This document shows positions 49,201-62,399 of a DNA stretch of 64,000 bases, in pieces. Under the pieces are notes generated by a model that worked only from the letters and a program-made list of their open reading frames with translations, had not been told where the DNA came from and searched no databases. The position numbers were made by a program, and so were the translations under genes. Where the stretch lies: positions 22,085,168 to 22,149,167 of the forward strand of contig OZ316891.1 of assembly GCA_973895155.1 (NCBI GenBank), in the 5' to 3' direction. Source of the DNA: Marsupella aquatica (Eukaryota; Plantae; Marchantiophyta). How positions within the stretch are numbered: position 1 is the first letter of the stretch; every line of letters starts with the position of its first letter.

Positions 49201-50742
49201 TAATAATTATAATCACAAATTTGTAATGAAGGGGATTAATTAACTCCTTATCTCAAATTATTTTTATTTCTATGCAAGGGTATTACCACATAGTGTATGC
49301 CACGCGTCACCAGCTGATTGGTCCACGTGTCACTTGCTTAGTGTAGGTCATTTATTAGTAGTTTAATTTTTTACAATGGTATTAGTTGTTAAAGTAGGAA
49401 CTATACATGTGCACTTGATCATATCTTAGTAGTGCATACACGATACTTTATAAAGACACAAGGGGTTTTACAATGAGTTTCCAATGTACTTATAAATGAC
49501 TCAAGGGTATTTTTAATATATTGAAAATTATTTATTACATTTTTCAAGGGCCTTTTAAATTTTCCATATGACAATTAATAAGGGGTATATAACATGTAAG
49601 TGTTCACAGGGGTATTTGGAGTTTTAGCCTAAGTGATTCCCCAGGGTTGCAATCAATGTCTCAACGTAGTCACGGTAAGCAACCTTGTATCTCCAAATGC
49701 GTGCCGCACTAAACTCCGGTTGATCCAACATCCATGCATCCAAAAATCAAATCCTCAATTACCAATTCCCGTCACCCGTAGCAATGTCAATTCCCTGGCC
49801 CGAAACGGCCCCCGTATCCCGATCAATCAATTACCCTCAATTCCCCGAGAAGCCACTCCGTGCTGCTGCCGCTAATGCCTGGAAGAATCATGCCAACAAG
49901 CCCCAACAATTGACCATGAGAAAGAGCTTCCAGAATAATTGCAAAATGTGGAGAGAGCTTTTGGCAAGAGTTGAGAGAGAGCCCGAGTTTTTGCTTTCGG
50001 CAATGAGTGGGCCTTGCAAAAGGGAGGGAGTGAGAAAATAGGAAAAAAAAGGAAACCCCGTGGCTCCCTCACGCCATGCGCCCTGGCTGCCCTAGTACCC
50101 TGGCTCGTGGGAGGGTTTAATACCCCCCCCTCCACTCACGGGAGAGTCGAGGGGAGAGTTAAGACTCCCCCTCCCGACTCCTTCCTCCTTTTTTTTCTTT
50201 GGCTGCGGCCTGGTTGCTCTGGCTCCAGCTTGCCTCGGCTCGCCCCGGCTGCCCTGGCTTGCGGCGCTCCTCCTTTCTCGCGGCGCTCCTCTTTTGCTTG
50301 CGGCGCTCCTCCTCGCAACTGCGCCTTGCCTCCTACTTTCTTCGTGGCTGGTGGGCTTGCGGCCCTATGCAGGGCTCGCGGCCCTCTCCTCCGTTCATTC
50401 GCGGGGCGCTCCTCTTTTCTCGGGGCACTCCTCCTTTCCTCGGGGCGCTCCTTCTTTCCATGCACCCCGGCTGCCCTTATGGAGATGCTAGGTGGCATCC
50501 ACAGGGGATGCCCTTTACAATGGTTCAAGCGAAATGGCTAGGCCACCATTGCCCCCCTAGGTTGTTGTGACCGTTTAGAACAATTTTGAGAAGGAAATAA
50601 AGTAAAGTCCTCCTAGCAGCACCAACTTGAAAGGACGGAATTAACTCAAAAATAAAAAAATGGCTTATTTACAATGGTTATTTACATGGCACAACCCAGT
50701 AGACAATTATTGAGAATTTTCGGTGACGGGGACCCTGTCACA
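46235..50742. mobile_element. 4.5-kb TG...CA insert (solo-LTR-like) inside the E2 B1-GC-A2 junction
   Basis: Reads TGTCACC...TGTCACA with a perfect 5-bp TSD CAGCT (46230-46234, 50743-50747). Removal restores GACAGCTGTC. Confidence 0.88.
47336..49094 (-). pseudogene. ~585-codon antisense ORF (globular N-domain, acidic linker, coiled coil, basic NLS-like tail) with one in-frame stop
   Basis: ORFs 48443-49168 and 47336-48388 are in the same frame, separated by one TAG. The C-half is heptad-rich and has PVKKRR near the C-terminus. Confidence 0.65.
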
Positions 50743-50746
50743 CAGC

Positions 50747-51214
50747 TGTCACACCATTATGAGTGGTAGTATAGGATATCAGACTATGTAGGTTTGAGGC
50801 TTTCATATGTGTGTTATCTAAGTGTTTTAGGGTTAATGTATGTTTGTGAGGGATAGTTATATATCTCTTTGTGTTGGCTCAAAGGTCTCATCTTTTGATG
50901 TTGAGCCTTTTGAGCACAAATTCTAGCGGCTATGGTGTGGCTGTCTAGGTTGTGTGTACGTAACGTGGATTCCTTGAGGCGCAAGGTGCGTTTGGTTTGA
51001 CATAAGTGTGTGATCGCGTCGGGCAGGATTGTGTGTTGGATTAGCATCAATCGTTGTTCGATTGCTCTTGAAGATTTATTGTGGGTTTTGGACATGTGTG
51101 GATAGGAGTTCCACTTACACTCCATTCTCTTATGTTTGTGATGTTGATTGTGACTATGCTTAGATATGTGTGACAAGCGATGTATGTTGTGTAGCGATGT
51201 TTATGCGCACGACA
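50747..51214 (+). repeat. E2 3' repeat block A2-B2
   Basis: A2 equals A1 (28460-28792) and B2 equals B1 (46095-46231). Confidence 0.95.
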
Positions 51215-52254
51215 CGATATTTAAGCTTTGGCCATGCCCGGGACTGTTGCGGGTGAGGGCAACGGTCATGACTGGTCGGGCATTGAATGAGAGGCCAGAC
51301 CAGTCACGCCCGGAACTGTAAGAGGTCCTAAAGTTTTGAAGGAATACTCGTGCATACATTGTGCCGCGACCCCACTCATATTTCAGTACCCAATAAAATT
51401 ATCGCCCGGTTGTACCTTGTTGCGGTGCACCCAAGTGCCTTGCGGGCTGTCCGTGAGGTGCCATTTCTTCTGTATATGAGACACCCTAGTAACTTATTAT
51501 TGACATTGCATATTCCTGGGGTCTTCCTTTTCTTGGCATCCAGGCTTTGGCTTGAGCTCTCATTCATAAACCCATAGCACATTTGTCCAACTAGAAGAAC
51601 ATGCTTGCTTAAACAATGCTTAAACAATGCATTTTACTATGACGTATCATCCGAAATGACCTACAAAGCTAAAAAGGGGTCCAGGTGGCCAGTAGAAGGG
51701 GAGCTGTAAGGGTGGCTGGCAGGGAGCCCGGGTGATCCGCTGTACCCCCGCCCATCCCCGTCTAAATTAAGATCCCCGTCTATGCCCCTCCACCTACCTG
51801 ACCCATGCTTTCGGCAGAACTGACCGCATCGTCGCTAGCTCACTCAATCTATATGGCTTGAGGTCTCGGTTTGCTATGCCATAACACCCTGCGTAGCCAA
51901 ATGGTTGATTAGGGGGTCTCAATTATTCGCCCGCGTGCCCATACGGGCTGCCCGGTTAAGGCACAAAACGGATGTCCACCAAAAGGGTGCGGGCGTCCGA
52001 AACCCTGGTCATCACACATCCGGCCCCGGAGCCAACATTGTCCTGTGACCGTTTGGCACCCGGTCGCAACTTGCCTTACCTCCCTCCCCGCTCCTGCCTC
52101 TCCTCTCCCAAACCCGATGGTCCCAGGGCAACGTTGAGCACACCGTGTGTGCAAGCTGCTTCATCGAATGCCGAACGTTGCTCTGTCAAACGTTGCTCTA
52201 GCTATGGCTGCTTTGTGAATTCCCAACGAATTTGGTCTGTTGCCTTGTGAGACT

Positions 52255-52590
52255 GTGAGCTCACCGCTGCGGAGTTGTTTCTTCTGAGGAACTCATTGGG
52301 CTTCAGCTCTGTCAGTCGCTGCCCCAGTTGCACGAGCTCACGGCTGTGTAATTCTTTGATCCGCGTAACTCATTGGGCTTCGGCTCCTTCAATCGCTGCC
52401 CCAGCTACACGAGCTGGAATTGTTTCTTTTGCTGAACTCATCGGGCTTTGGCTCCGTCAATAGTTGCCCCAGCTGCTAGAGCTCACGACTACGGAATTGT
52501 TTCTTCTGCGGAACTCATCGGGCTTGTTCTTGGACAATGAGTCCTCTCCACCTCCTTGTTCTTGGACAATGAGCCCTCTCCACCTCAATA
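52255..52590. repeat. Degenerate short tandem repeats
   Basis: Repeated gagctcac..ggaattgtttctt..gaactcat(t/c)gggctt and a duplicated cttgttcttggacaatgag.cctctccacctc. Confidence 0.7.
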
Positions 52591-54872
52591 CTTTGGATCA
52601 ATTCCCTATTCTTGTTGAAGGCTAATCCTCACAAAAACAACACTAGACTGAGTTCCCCCCAGTTCTTACCGGGGGCTGCTAGTTAAATAACGAAAACAAC
52701 AATGCGCGAACACACAAGCCCTAGGGTGTGGCGGCGGCCACTGCCCTAGCTGGCCGCCATCTGGCTGCCATCCACTGGACCCGGACCCGGACCTTTGTTG
52801 GACTTTAAATCTACATATCTAAAATCTCATGGGGTGGCATAGGGTCCATCAGGTAACATTTTTGAATTTCCAGGGAAAAACATGCCTCAATAAGAGTTGC
52901 CAGGGAAGAACTTCACTCAGCTAACCTGTGTAAGTTCTTGGCAACCTGGCTGAGTTGGAAGGTTCCCTACCCAAAGCCTGACGGGACAACTTATACCTGT
53001 TTTCTTGCGAGTAATAATTGATGAGGTTTCAACACTCGGCACATGATCTGACTTATCCCCTGTATCTATCCAGCCTTCTAAGGTACAGTTAGAGCCCACT
53101 GGCATGTTGCCGCCCTGAAGGATGCGGCCCTTGGCACTCGCGTAATCTCGGGAAAAAACAGATATAGCTTTAAAACAGGATCTCCTCGAGTGCAACATCT
53201 CCAATTTTGGTTTGTTCTGAATTCAAAGGTTGGGAAGTCGGGACCTCCAAGGGCCGGAAGTTTCCGACCCTTGCCCGTGGAATTCACAATGTGTGCAATC
53301 AGGCCTGGCAATAGGATGGGGTTGTATCAAATTGTGCGAGTCAAGTTGAGGGCCGCATTCTTAAGGACTGAGTACATGCGAGTTGCGCCTTATAGTGCCA
53401 CGAGTGTACCAGTGCCAGTTGTGGTTTAAGGACTGAGTACATGCGAGTTGCGCCTTATAGTGCCACGAGTGTACCAGTGCCCGTCCTGCCTTCATCATAT
53501 TACGCAGAGTAATCGCAGCAGCAGAAGAGAAAACAACAAACTCGGTAGGTGACGAAGACATCATAGCTGCACGAGAGGAAATTGGCCGAATGTACTTGCC
53601 TGGGCTGAGATTTAGTCTATAGGAATAATAGCGAGAGAATCAGCCGATAGACGAGGCTTTGCTTTCGGCCAAGAAGTGCAGAGTGGAGTAGAGCAGGGGT
53701 TGCGACTCTGTTATCATTTCGTTGCAGCTGTTGTTGTTGTGGGAGATGGCCGCGGTTTCAGCTACGATCGTGGGTGGTGGTCTCGGATCCGTTGCTGGGC
53801 GGCAGACGGCTGCAACCCAGCTGTGGATCTCGATTGGAGGCCGTAGCGAGCGCCCTTTGAGAAATTCGAGGACTGTCCGGTGCCGTTCCCCACCATGTTC
53901 CATTTCAGCTGGGTTCCATTCCTCCCCTTCGTCCATTTCAGCTGGTTTTTCGATGTTCGTATCTATTGTAGTAGAGTTGGTCATTGAAGAGAAGCTTTTC
54001 TGTGGTGTGCGTTACAATAATTCCTGGTCTAGACTGTATGGCATTGTCATCTGTTGGAGTTTAGTATTTTTCTGACATGAAAGCATCTTTGATGCTTCCT
54101 GTCTGCAATCTGTGTTGTGCCGTGCTTACTGTAGCAGAGAGTGTTTTTTTATAACTGTCAATAGTGTCCTTGATATAGAACGATGAGACGCCTTGGAAGC
54201 TTCAGAGGTAGAACTCAAGTCCTGCGTATTTCTCTCGATATTGTGTCCACGTACAATGAGGACTGCTTCACTTGAGAGTTGACGATTTAAAAGCCAATGG
54301 GTGCATAGCATGTTAGCTTTTTCCACGGTTCCGTCCCAGTACGTGAGTGCAATTTGTGTGGTGTGGCTTTAGTCGTATTGTGGCGTTTCGTTGGATAGAT
54401 TTGCTGTTGGTCGGAGTTCCTGGGCTCTATTTCTAAGGAAGGAAGGAAGTATTGTTCAGCCCTCACTAGCTCGGGAATCTAACTTCTAGGTGTTGGCATT
54501 GTCAGGGCCGATGGTAGGTAAACTGCATATGGACACCTGCTGCGGGGCGACCCAAGTAGAGGTCGTCCGTGAAATGTGCAGCGGCAGTCCAAAACAAACC
54601 CATCGGAAGCGACCAAATGCTGGTTCGATGCAGACTTTGGAACTCCGTCTTGATGTCCATGCTGCCCGTAAAATCAGAGTAGAAAAATAAAGCAAAGCTG
54701 AATTCTGTCAATTCAATTAATTTGAAGTCGCACATTTTAGTACCACAGGGGCTCACCGATTAGCAGATTTTAGTATTTTTAGTATTTTAATATTTTTGTT
54801 CTCGGCACGCTTCATTTTTATTGCAGTTTTAGTAGTGTGAGATCTATCCTTTACGATTTGTTGTCTTGACAG

Positions 54873-57701
54873 GTATACGTTCCGCCGCATCCCCTCATCA
54901 AGCACTTCATGTCAATTCTTCGCAATGAGGTTACTCCACCTGCTCTATTCAGTAAGTACAATTACTAGCGCCTTATGAAGATTTTGGCCCCACTGTATTT
55001 GATGTACTGAAATAGCCCTGAATATTAGTGGTGGACTTTACTGCAGAACTGTTTGGGCAGGGAACCTTTGATAGCATTATCCAAACCTTAGCTTTATGTT
55101 ATTGATCACAATTTTAAAAGATCGCGTCTTTCAGACAGATATACTGCCACATATTGTTGCAACCCATGGTTGTGCGGGATCCTTCATGCCAGTTTCATAG
55201 TACCAAATTCCTGGCCTAAGTTCGTATTGTTGTTTGGTGATTGAAAACCTTCCCGACTCTTCTATGTCAAACAGTGAGTGCAATGTCGGAGCTGGGACGG
55301 CTTTTGATTTATGAAGCCTCCCGTGATTGGCTGGTAAGATTTTAAAACAGCTGGGACTATACACCGGAAAGAGGTCAAGGGATAGCGTTCAAGGCCCTTC
55401 GTTTTGTTTCATTGTTGCACCCCTTCGTTGTGCGGGATCCTTCATGCCATTCTCATAGTACCAAATACCTGGCTTAAAGTTCGTATTCCTGTTTGGTGAT
55501 TGAAAACCTATCTGACTCTTCTATGTCAAACAGGGAGTGCAATGTCGGAGCTGAGAAGGCTTTTGATTTGTGAGGCCTCCCGTGATTGGCCGGTAAGATT
55601 TTAAAAACAGTTGGGACTATGCACCGGGAAGAGATCAAGGGATAGGGTTTAAGGCCCGTCGTTTTGTTTCATTGTTGAGAGTATCATTTATGTTCCTGAT
55701 TAATTTTGCGAGGGAGAAAAGTTTTCTGAACGGAGTGTGATAGAAAAATAGATTATGCAGAGTTCTCCTATATCATCTTGGATTTGCGCCTCAAATATGC
55801 GGGTTTGTCCTTCATCCGTCGTTGACAGGTAACAATAACCGGTGAAGTACAAAAACCTTGTGGATTGGCATATGTTGAGTTCATTGACCCAAGGGTGCCT
55901 GCCAAGGTCTGTTCCTGATTGCTCGGTTCTCAATGAATTTGTCGTTTCCTAGTATTTCTAGGATCGATAATAAACTCTTGCAACTTATAGACACTGGAGG
56001 TGTGTAGTAAATGCCCTAAATATGTCTTACAGGGGAAGTGCCGTGACATTATGTGCTACCAACGAGGAGTAAATATAATTAATACATATGTTCATGAAGA
56101 TATTAAGGTTTATTGACTTCATGAATCATGACGTTAAGTTTGATACTTTTTTTCCATGTCAACTGCATTGGACTGTAATATCAGGATATGTTCGGGACGA
56201 GGAGACTTTACTGCCCAAACTCTATCTGAACAAGTGAGTTCTTTTTGCATTTCTTGCTGGAATAGACTGATACTGTCTTTATTTACATATTACCTGTTCA
56301 AGATAAAGTTTTTCATCCATTAGCTGGAGTCTACTGCTATAGTTTGCGGGTTTGGTGGAAGCACATGGGTGACAACTGAGGATTGATAGTGTGGTATTCC
56401 TAATACGGAAGATTTTGCCTATTTTCAGTAGACTGATTATCACGTTTGCATATCAAAGAAAGCATATCTAAGGTTGTAGCCTCTACCTCCTAGTTTCAAT
56501 CAAGGCTTGGAATGTCTCGATAGATAAGTTTGAACAAAGGCCATGCACCGTTCATCACTTTCTTGAACTGCACGCTTGCAGAACAATTTCCTGAGAACTC
56601 GAGAGTGCTCGTCACGGACCCCATGCTCGCAACTGATATTTCTCTGTGCGAAGGAACAAGGCCTGCAGGAAACTTAACTGGTTTGCATGAATAATTCTCA
56701 AACTTCTGTTCAAAGAGTAGGTTTAGAATTGTACTGTAAGGGGCATGGTTAGTACTAAATTATTTTCACCTAAACCTGAAGTCGAACATCTGACTTTTCG
56801 AAAGCCCTTGTGAGATCCTGATATCCTGGTTTGGATTCCACAAAGTAAATGTTTATGTTTTTGTAGATTTTGTCATTCTTTCTGGAAGAATTCTGAGAAG
56901 TAGTTGTCAGTTTTATTGCTGGATTTTGATATTGTCGAAGCGAATCTCCTGTTTCGTTCACAGGTGTTACAATTGTTGCCGCGATCGATGAGCTCGCACG
57001 CCGTGGTGTAAATCATAAGCTTATTCGCGTGGCAAGACCACCTCACTTTTACTTTGTATTTGTGGATCTCAGACCCCGTGGCAGTACGTTTGACCAACGT
57101 TCGCCTAGCAGGGTATAATGTATGACTCTTTGTAATAAGTATCCTCCTTCACGATTATTTAATGTATTCTGGATATTTTGTCCATAGATTGCTGCAGTTG
57201 CTGCTCCGCCAGCTTTGGAAAAGTTAAGCAAGAAATTTCCCGGGTAATTCTCAAGCTTGCCTTCGGCTTCTCTTATCTATATTTGATGGAAGTCGTATTC
57301 AATCAAATACCTCTTTGGACCTCTTTTGCTTTCCATCTTTGTACTTTGTTTATTCCCATTTGTATAAACTATCGTTCTATTCTGTATTCAATTCGTTTTC
57401 AAGTTCAAACAAACTGATTATATTCTCACTTATTGTGGCAGGTTGCATGTTTACACCGGTATCATTGATGAAACTCCCAATGAAAAGGGGTGAGTTGTCC
57501 TCTATAAGGTCATGTGATTCTGGGAGATCTTAGAATTATCATAGATTGAGCGTTGTGAAAGTGAAGACTGAAAACAGTTATTGAGACAGTGGACTGTACT
57601 TTCCATTTTTGGTTCTTCAGTCCTATTGTGGATAACCTTATTTGCCCTACAAATGTCAGGTACATTGTCCCAGGCCTTGGAGCCGCAGCTTTGGCACATG
57701 A
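54873..57701 (+). pseudogene. UPP: UPRT pseudogene, duplicate copy
   Basis: Same exons as 1466-4304, but the last exon has a 10-bp deletion (atgctggtca) destroying the GDAG motif. Confidence 0.85.
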
Positions 57702-60084
57702 CCATGGATTGCGTCCAAAAGCTCGGGAGGACGTTAGTGCCTGCGATCCTACTTTTTGAGACATTTAGCATTGAATTCCTTACCACTGTTTGGAAGCGAT
57801 TGCTTCTATTTAGTGCATAATGGTTCTGCACTGTGTTTTTGGTACCCAGGCCAATAACAGTAGGCTTTGATTGACGATCCAAAGCATGTAACACTGCTTG
57901 CCTACCCACTGCTCCGAGGTTCCTGTGTACACCAATGGATTACCCGCAGAAGGAATTTTGACTATTCTGTTTCTAGTCTCGAAGTTTGCTCAGGATGCCC
58001 CGTAATAGAGATTAGGGTGTTGGGATGTTGAGGTAGTATATCGAGGATTTTTTTGGGAATGATGGCCCATCCGATAAATTGGTAGGTCTTCGAGCTTTTT
58101 TGAGCTTCTGGGCTTTGAAGTGTTTAGTTACAGCAGAGGACAAATTTTGTAACGGATCCTTTCTTTCATACAATGACAATTGTTTAAATGACTCTGTATT
58201 CATCTTTATGAACGAAGAGGCGCTCGATTACCAGTAATTACTGGCAATAAGGAGAATTGGTGCCAATCACTCAAGTGAGGCTTGTTGGCCAGTCTAGGTG
58301 ACCAAGGGTCCTCCTCCATAATTATAACATGGGTTATGTTCCAAACCAGCTAGTTCTGCCTAAGTTCAATCCCAGGGTGAGACTATGCTCCTACACAACA
58401 TGCGTGATGTTCCAAATCACTTAGTTATGCTTCTACTCGGTTCATGTTATGCCCCAAATTGGAATCAGATAGGTTTGCTCCTCATATAGCATATTGGATA
58501 AGAATTATACAAAAGTATATGAATGTGAAACTCGCTCCTCCCACAAGCTAGTTGCACTCTAAGGCTGTAGAAATGGTGCCATGATATATTGTCCCGTTTG
58601 AAAGGAAAAAATGTAGAAATGGTGGCGTGATATTGTGGAACGCCAGAACTGTAACGCTACTGTACACTCTGCCTATGACTCATCCAAACACAAGACTTTA
58701 AGCTTGCACTTGTCTTACTACGCATGGTTTGATAAAATCTGCGTCTATTCACTCTCGGACCAGCTTGGAAGAGTTTACCCAACCTAGTCGTCGAGAACGT
58801 TGTGGGAACAACACGGAAGCTCTTTGGATTTCAGGATTACGCGATCGGAAATGCTCGGGGGAGCCCATCAACGACAATATCCTACCTGATGAGTCATACA
58901 TCGTCGGTACTGAGGCGAAGAAAGCCTGCGAAGATGGTGAAATCCAGCAGTGAATTGCTGCCAGGAAAGATGCACGCAAACGTGATTGCAGGGTATACGG
59001 AATCTTCAGATGTCTGGGAGTTTGTCCAAATTGGCCTTGAGGGGAAACTTTTGGTCTCAACAGAGTTGCTACTCAAAATTCCCACGTCCAAGGAGGAGCT
59101 GTCCGGGCTCGCTTTGTGTATTCCAATGTGCTAGCTGCTTTCCTAGTTTCACGCAACACATCACCCAGCCGGCCTCTGTTGAGACAGTATGTGTCTGTTA
59201 CAAGCTGGTTCTATGCCACGCTATGTGCACCAGTCTTTTGTTAATCCACTTCGTGAGGCATTGCCACAATTGGCCGTGTGTGCTTCAGGGTAGTATGTGA
59301 TAAGTTGATGGTGAACTGGTGAAATAACCTTCTGTAGAATGCTTAGAATGTGCAGGGTCCTTCGAATTGATTCAGCTATTTGTGAGAAATTGCAAAGCTC
59401 AACAGCGTGTGAGTCGGAAATGGATTGGGCCGGCCTACAGGCTGCTGGTTGGTGCTCTATCTCTGCGTGGATTTTGTGTTGTGACAACCAATCAAGCCAG
59501 ACTTTTAAGGACTTGAAGCCTTGTGACGAATTCAGCAAAGAAGCATCGGAGTTTATCACTCCATTGAACTTGGTTGAGTACTTGTAAATTGCAACCAGTA
59601 CTCGTACGGCCTGTGTTTGAGAGCCAAGACATCTAGAAGTTCTTTGATCTGGGGGTCGGGTCCTGCTTGAAGAACTGCACCCGTTTCTGAGATTGAACAC
59701 GGGAAACACCATTTTCAATAGCGAATGGTTCACGAAATTCAATATTTTTATACTCTTCTAAACTTGTGGACCGTGCCACACTGTTTAGGAGAGCTCAGAT
59801 GATACCCTTTGATGTGGCTTGAACACTCTACTTATCAACTATTGAGATCTAACAAAAGGATGCCATTTCCCTTAAATAATGGAATGCTTCACTCTGCTGA
59901 AAAATGTTGCCTACTTAAGAATTCGAGCCCGTCTAGACTATTGTTTAAACCGAAGACAAATGTAATATTCGTGACAGGTTCTGCTTCAATCTCAGTATCG
60001 ATTTTCGAGACTCTATAAAGGAAAAACTACTTTCGTGGAATAAATGATTGAATGCTTCACTGTCTTAAAAAATTGGTGCCAATC

Positions 60085-61210
60085 CTAAATTGGAGCTGGG
60101 AACAGTTCCACACAGGTTTTGAAAGCTAAGACGTCGGTGATTTTGACGACCTGCTCAACAGATTCTAGTTTTCGAACTGCATCAGTTCGAGAACAATTGC
60201 TGCCCCATACGTGAATGCTTGGCTTCCTCTGGTTCGGTGAACCCAGATTGAGATAATTGGAAAACCACTTGATGACATCTCGCTTTCGAATACCCTGTAC
60301 TTGCATGGCTTCAAGCTTCCTGGCCTCGAACAAGTATCTTCTCTCCCATATCTGCTCCCAGGAGCGGTCTGTTTCATCCATTAAAGAATGATCCCTCTCC
60401 ATTTTGTCTGCAATGAAGGCCTTGAAACTCCTCATCGCTCTTACCCGTTAAGATCTGTTGAATTGTACCAATGAAGGCATTCATGCGTTCATGAAGAAAC
60501 GATGGTTCGATACTTTGAGTCCTGAACTAGAATGCAAAATCCTAACACTGGTGTAACTCGCAACCCACAGTCCACGCTGTAACCAACTTGCTCCTTTGTC
60601 CTCAGCTGATTGAAGCATGGCTCGTCGACGCTTGCTTCAAAAAGATCGAGCATGGCCCTGGATCGCAAGGATTGCTGACCCACATCTTGTTCCAGTTGAA
60701 AATACATCTCAACGACTGAATTTTCCTCAGACTCGTTCTTGACATCCGCATCATAAACGAATGAATTGAATTGACTGGCAGCTTCTAAACCATTTCCTTT
60801 GGCCTTAATTCAGGAGGCAAGACCTTGGAAACGAGAGCCTCCTCTAAGATCTTGACGATGATGAGTGCCTCGTCTTCTGACAGGTTTCCATGGCACAGAA
60901 CTTCCATGTAGTCTGCTCAAAGAGCTGAGGAACGAACTCTAGAACATCTCGAGAGAGAGAGACAGGAGGCATGTGAGTTTCTCATCCACTTGCCAAAAGC
61001 ACCGTTGAAGAATCTGGAGTAAGCAGAATGTTTCAGGGGCTTCATATTCGTATTTCGGTAAAATGTTTCCAAATCTTTCTGCATAGCCTGAAAGCGGTCT
61101 TCACTGGGCACAAATGTAGGACATAGCTCAGCAATCTTGCGGGCAAGTACAGGGAGTTTCTCATTGAACACAAGCAGCTTCAGTTTAAGTTTGCCTCCAG
61201 AAACTGACAC
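60085..61210 (-). pseudogene. Nardilysin-like fragment, duplicate copy
   Basis: ORF pieces 60085-60435, 60489-60707 and 60917-61210 carry M16 motifs. Confidence 0.85.
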
Positions 61211-61282
61211 AAATTGGCCGTGTGTGCTTTAGTAGAGAGTTTCAATCAGAGCATCATGCAAAAGTCCCAATGAGTGATTTGA

Positions 61283-62304
61283 TCAAAGCATTGAAAATGC
61301 TGCATCCATGATATCCGGGTCGTTTCCACAGGCGCTGCATGCTTCACAATAAACTCTTCTTTTGCTCTGCGTATCTGCGATTGCAATTGCTTTTGCCCAC
61401 AATTTCCCATTGGGAGAACAAACTTTAAGTGCCCTAGCCATTAACAAGCTCTGCTGTTTGATTCTCGACTGACCTGTCAGAGCTCTGCCTTCTAGATTAA
61501 TTGCTGCAATCCATAATGAAGGATCAATTTCATTCCAGTACCTTGCTCGTTCTAAAACAGCACGAACTCTGTTGAACCCCTTCTTTTCCACCACTTCAGC
61601 TAAAGCCAACCAAAGAGCACAGCTGTGCTCACAAGTTTTGAGACCCTTCTCCAAAACTTGTTCTGCTCGTTCAAGATTGCCACATTTGTGCTCCAGCTGC
61701 CCTAACCTAAGATGAAATTCAGCAGATGCTACAAAATGCTCCTCAGGAGAAAATTGACAAACTTCTAAATAAAACAACTTGGCAGTTGCTGGAAATCCAG
61801 CAGTCACCAAATCATCCACCTGTTCCATACATTGCTCATGGGCCCCCTCCTGCTTCAAATCTAGTGCTAAATGAAGAAGTACCTCCCCTGTTTTCAAATT
61901 TTTTTTTTTTTCCAGCTGTTTTGCAAATCTAATCCACATCTCATTACCAACTCTTGCTCCCAAAGTCCTCAAGCCTCTGTCTAGAATACCCTTATCAGAT
62001 CCCAATTCCCAATTTCCTCTTCCAAAGAGGCATGTGCTAACCAAATCCTGGGCTCAGAGGGCATCTTTACCGCACATTGTTCTAGAATCAGTCTAACCTC
62101 ATCATATACTCCCAAACGTGACACACTAAACCAATAATCATCATAAGCTATACAAGTGCAAGCAGCCCTGTAAAGGAGATGTCTTACTGAGACATCGTTC
62201 TCCACATATTCCATAAGATGTTTTTTAGCACCCAGTGAAATGTGACATAATGCACTTCCAATTGTACTCTCTTCTTTTTGGCAACCATGGTCATCCTGCT
62301 CCAT
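61283..62304 (-). pseudogene. PRP6-like HAT-repeat gene, frameshifted duplicate
   Basis: Split into 61981-62316 and 61283-62044 by a 1-bp deletion near 61993. Confidence 0.75.
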
Positions 62305-62399
62305 CCTTTCAGTCACCCTATGGCTGATCCTTCTTCCAATGCTGGCATTCAGAGAACTTATAGCAGATCGCCTCGATTGCTTTCATGTATTGCACTGTA

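Larger units (their letters stand above)
28460..51214 (+). mobile_element. Ty3/gypsy-type retroelement E2 with DNMT domain and split terminal repeats, degenerate and multiply nested
   Basis: Starts TGTCACA and ends CGACA. 4-bp TSD CGAT at 28456-28459 and 51215-51218. Repeats: A1 28460-28792, B1 46095-46231, A2 50747-51076, B2 51078-51214. Confidence 0.93.

Noticed and set aside
50014-50570. Overlapping ORFs on both strands
   Set aside because: They arise from CT-rich short repeats (gcggcgctcctcct) and have no domain signal.
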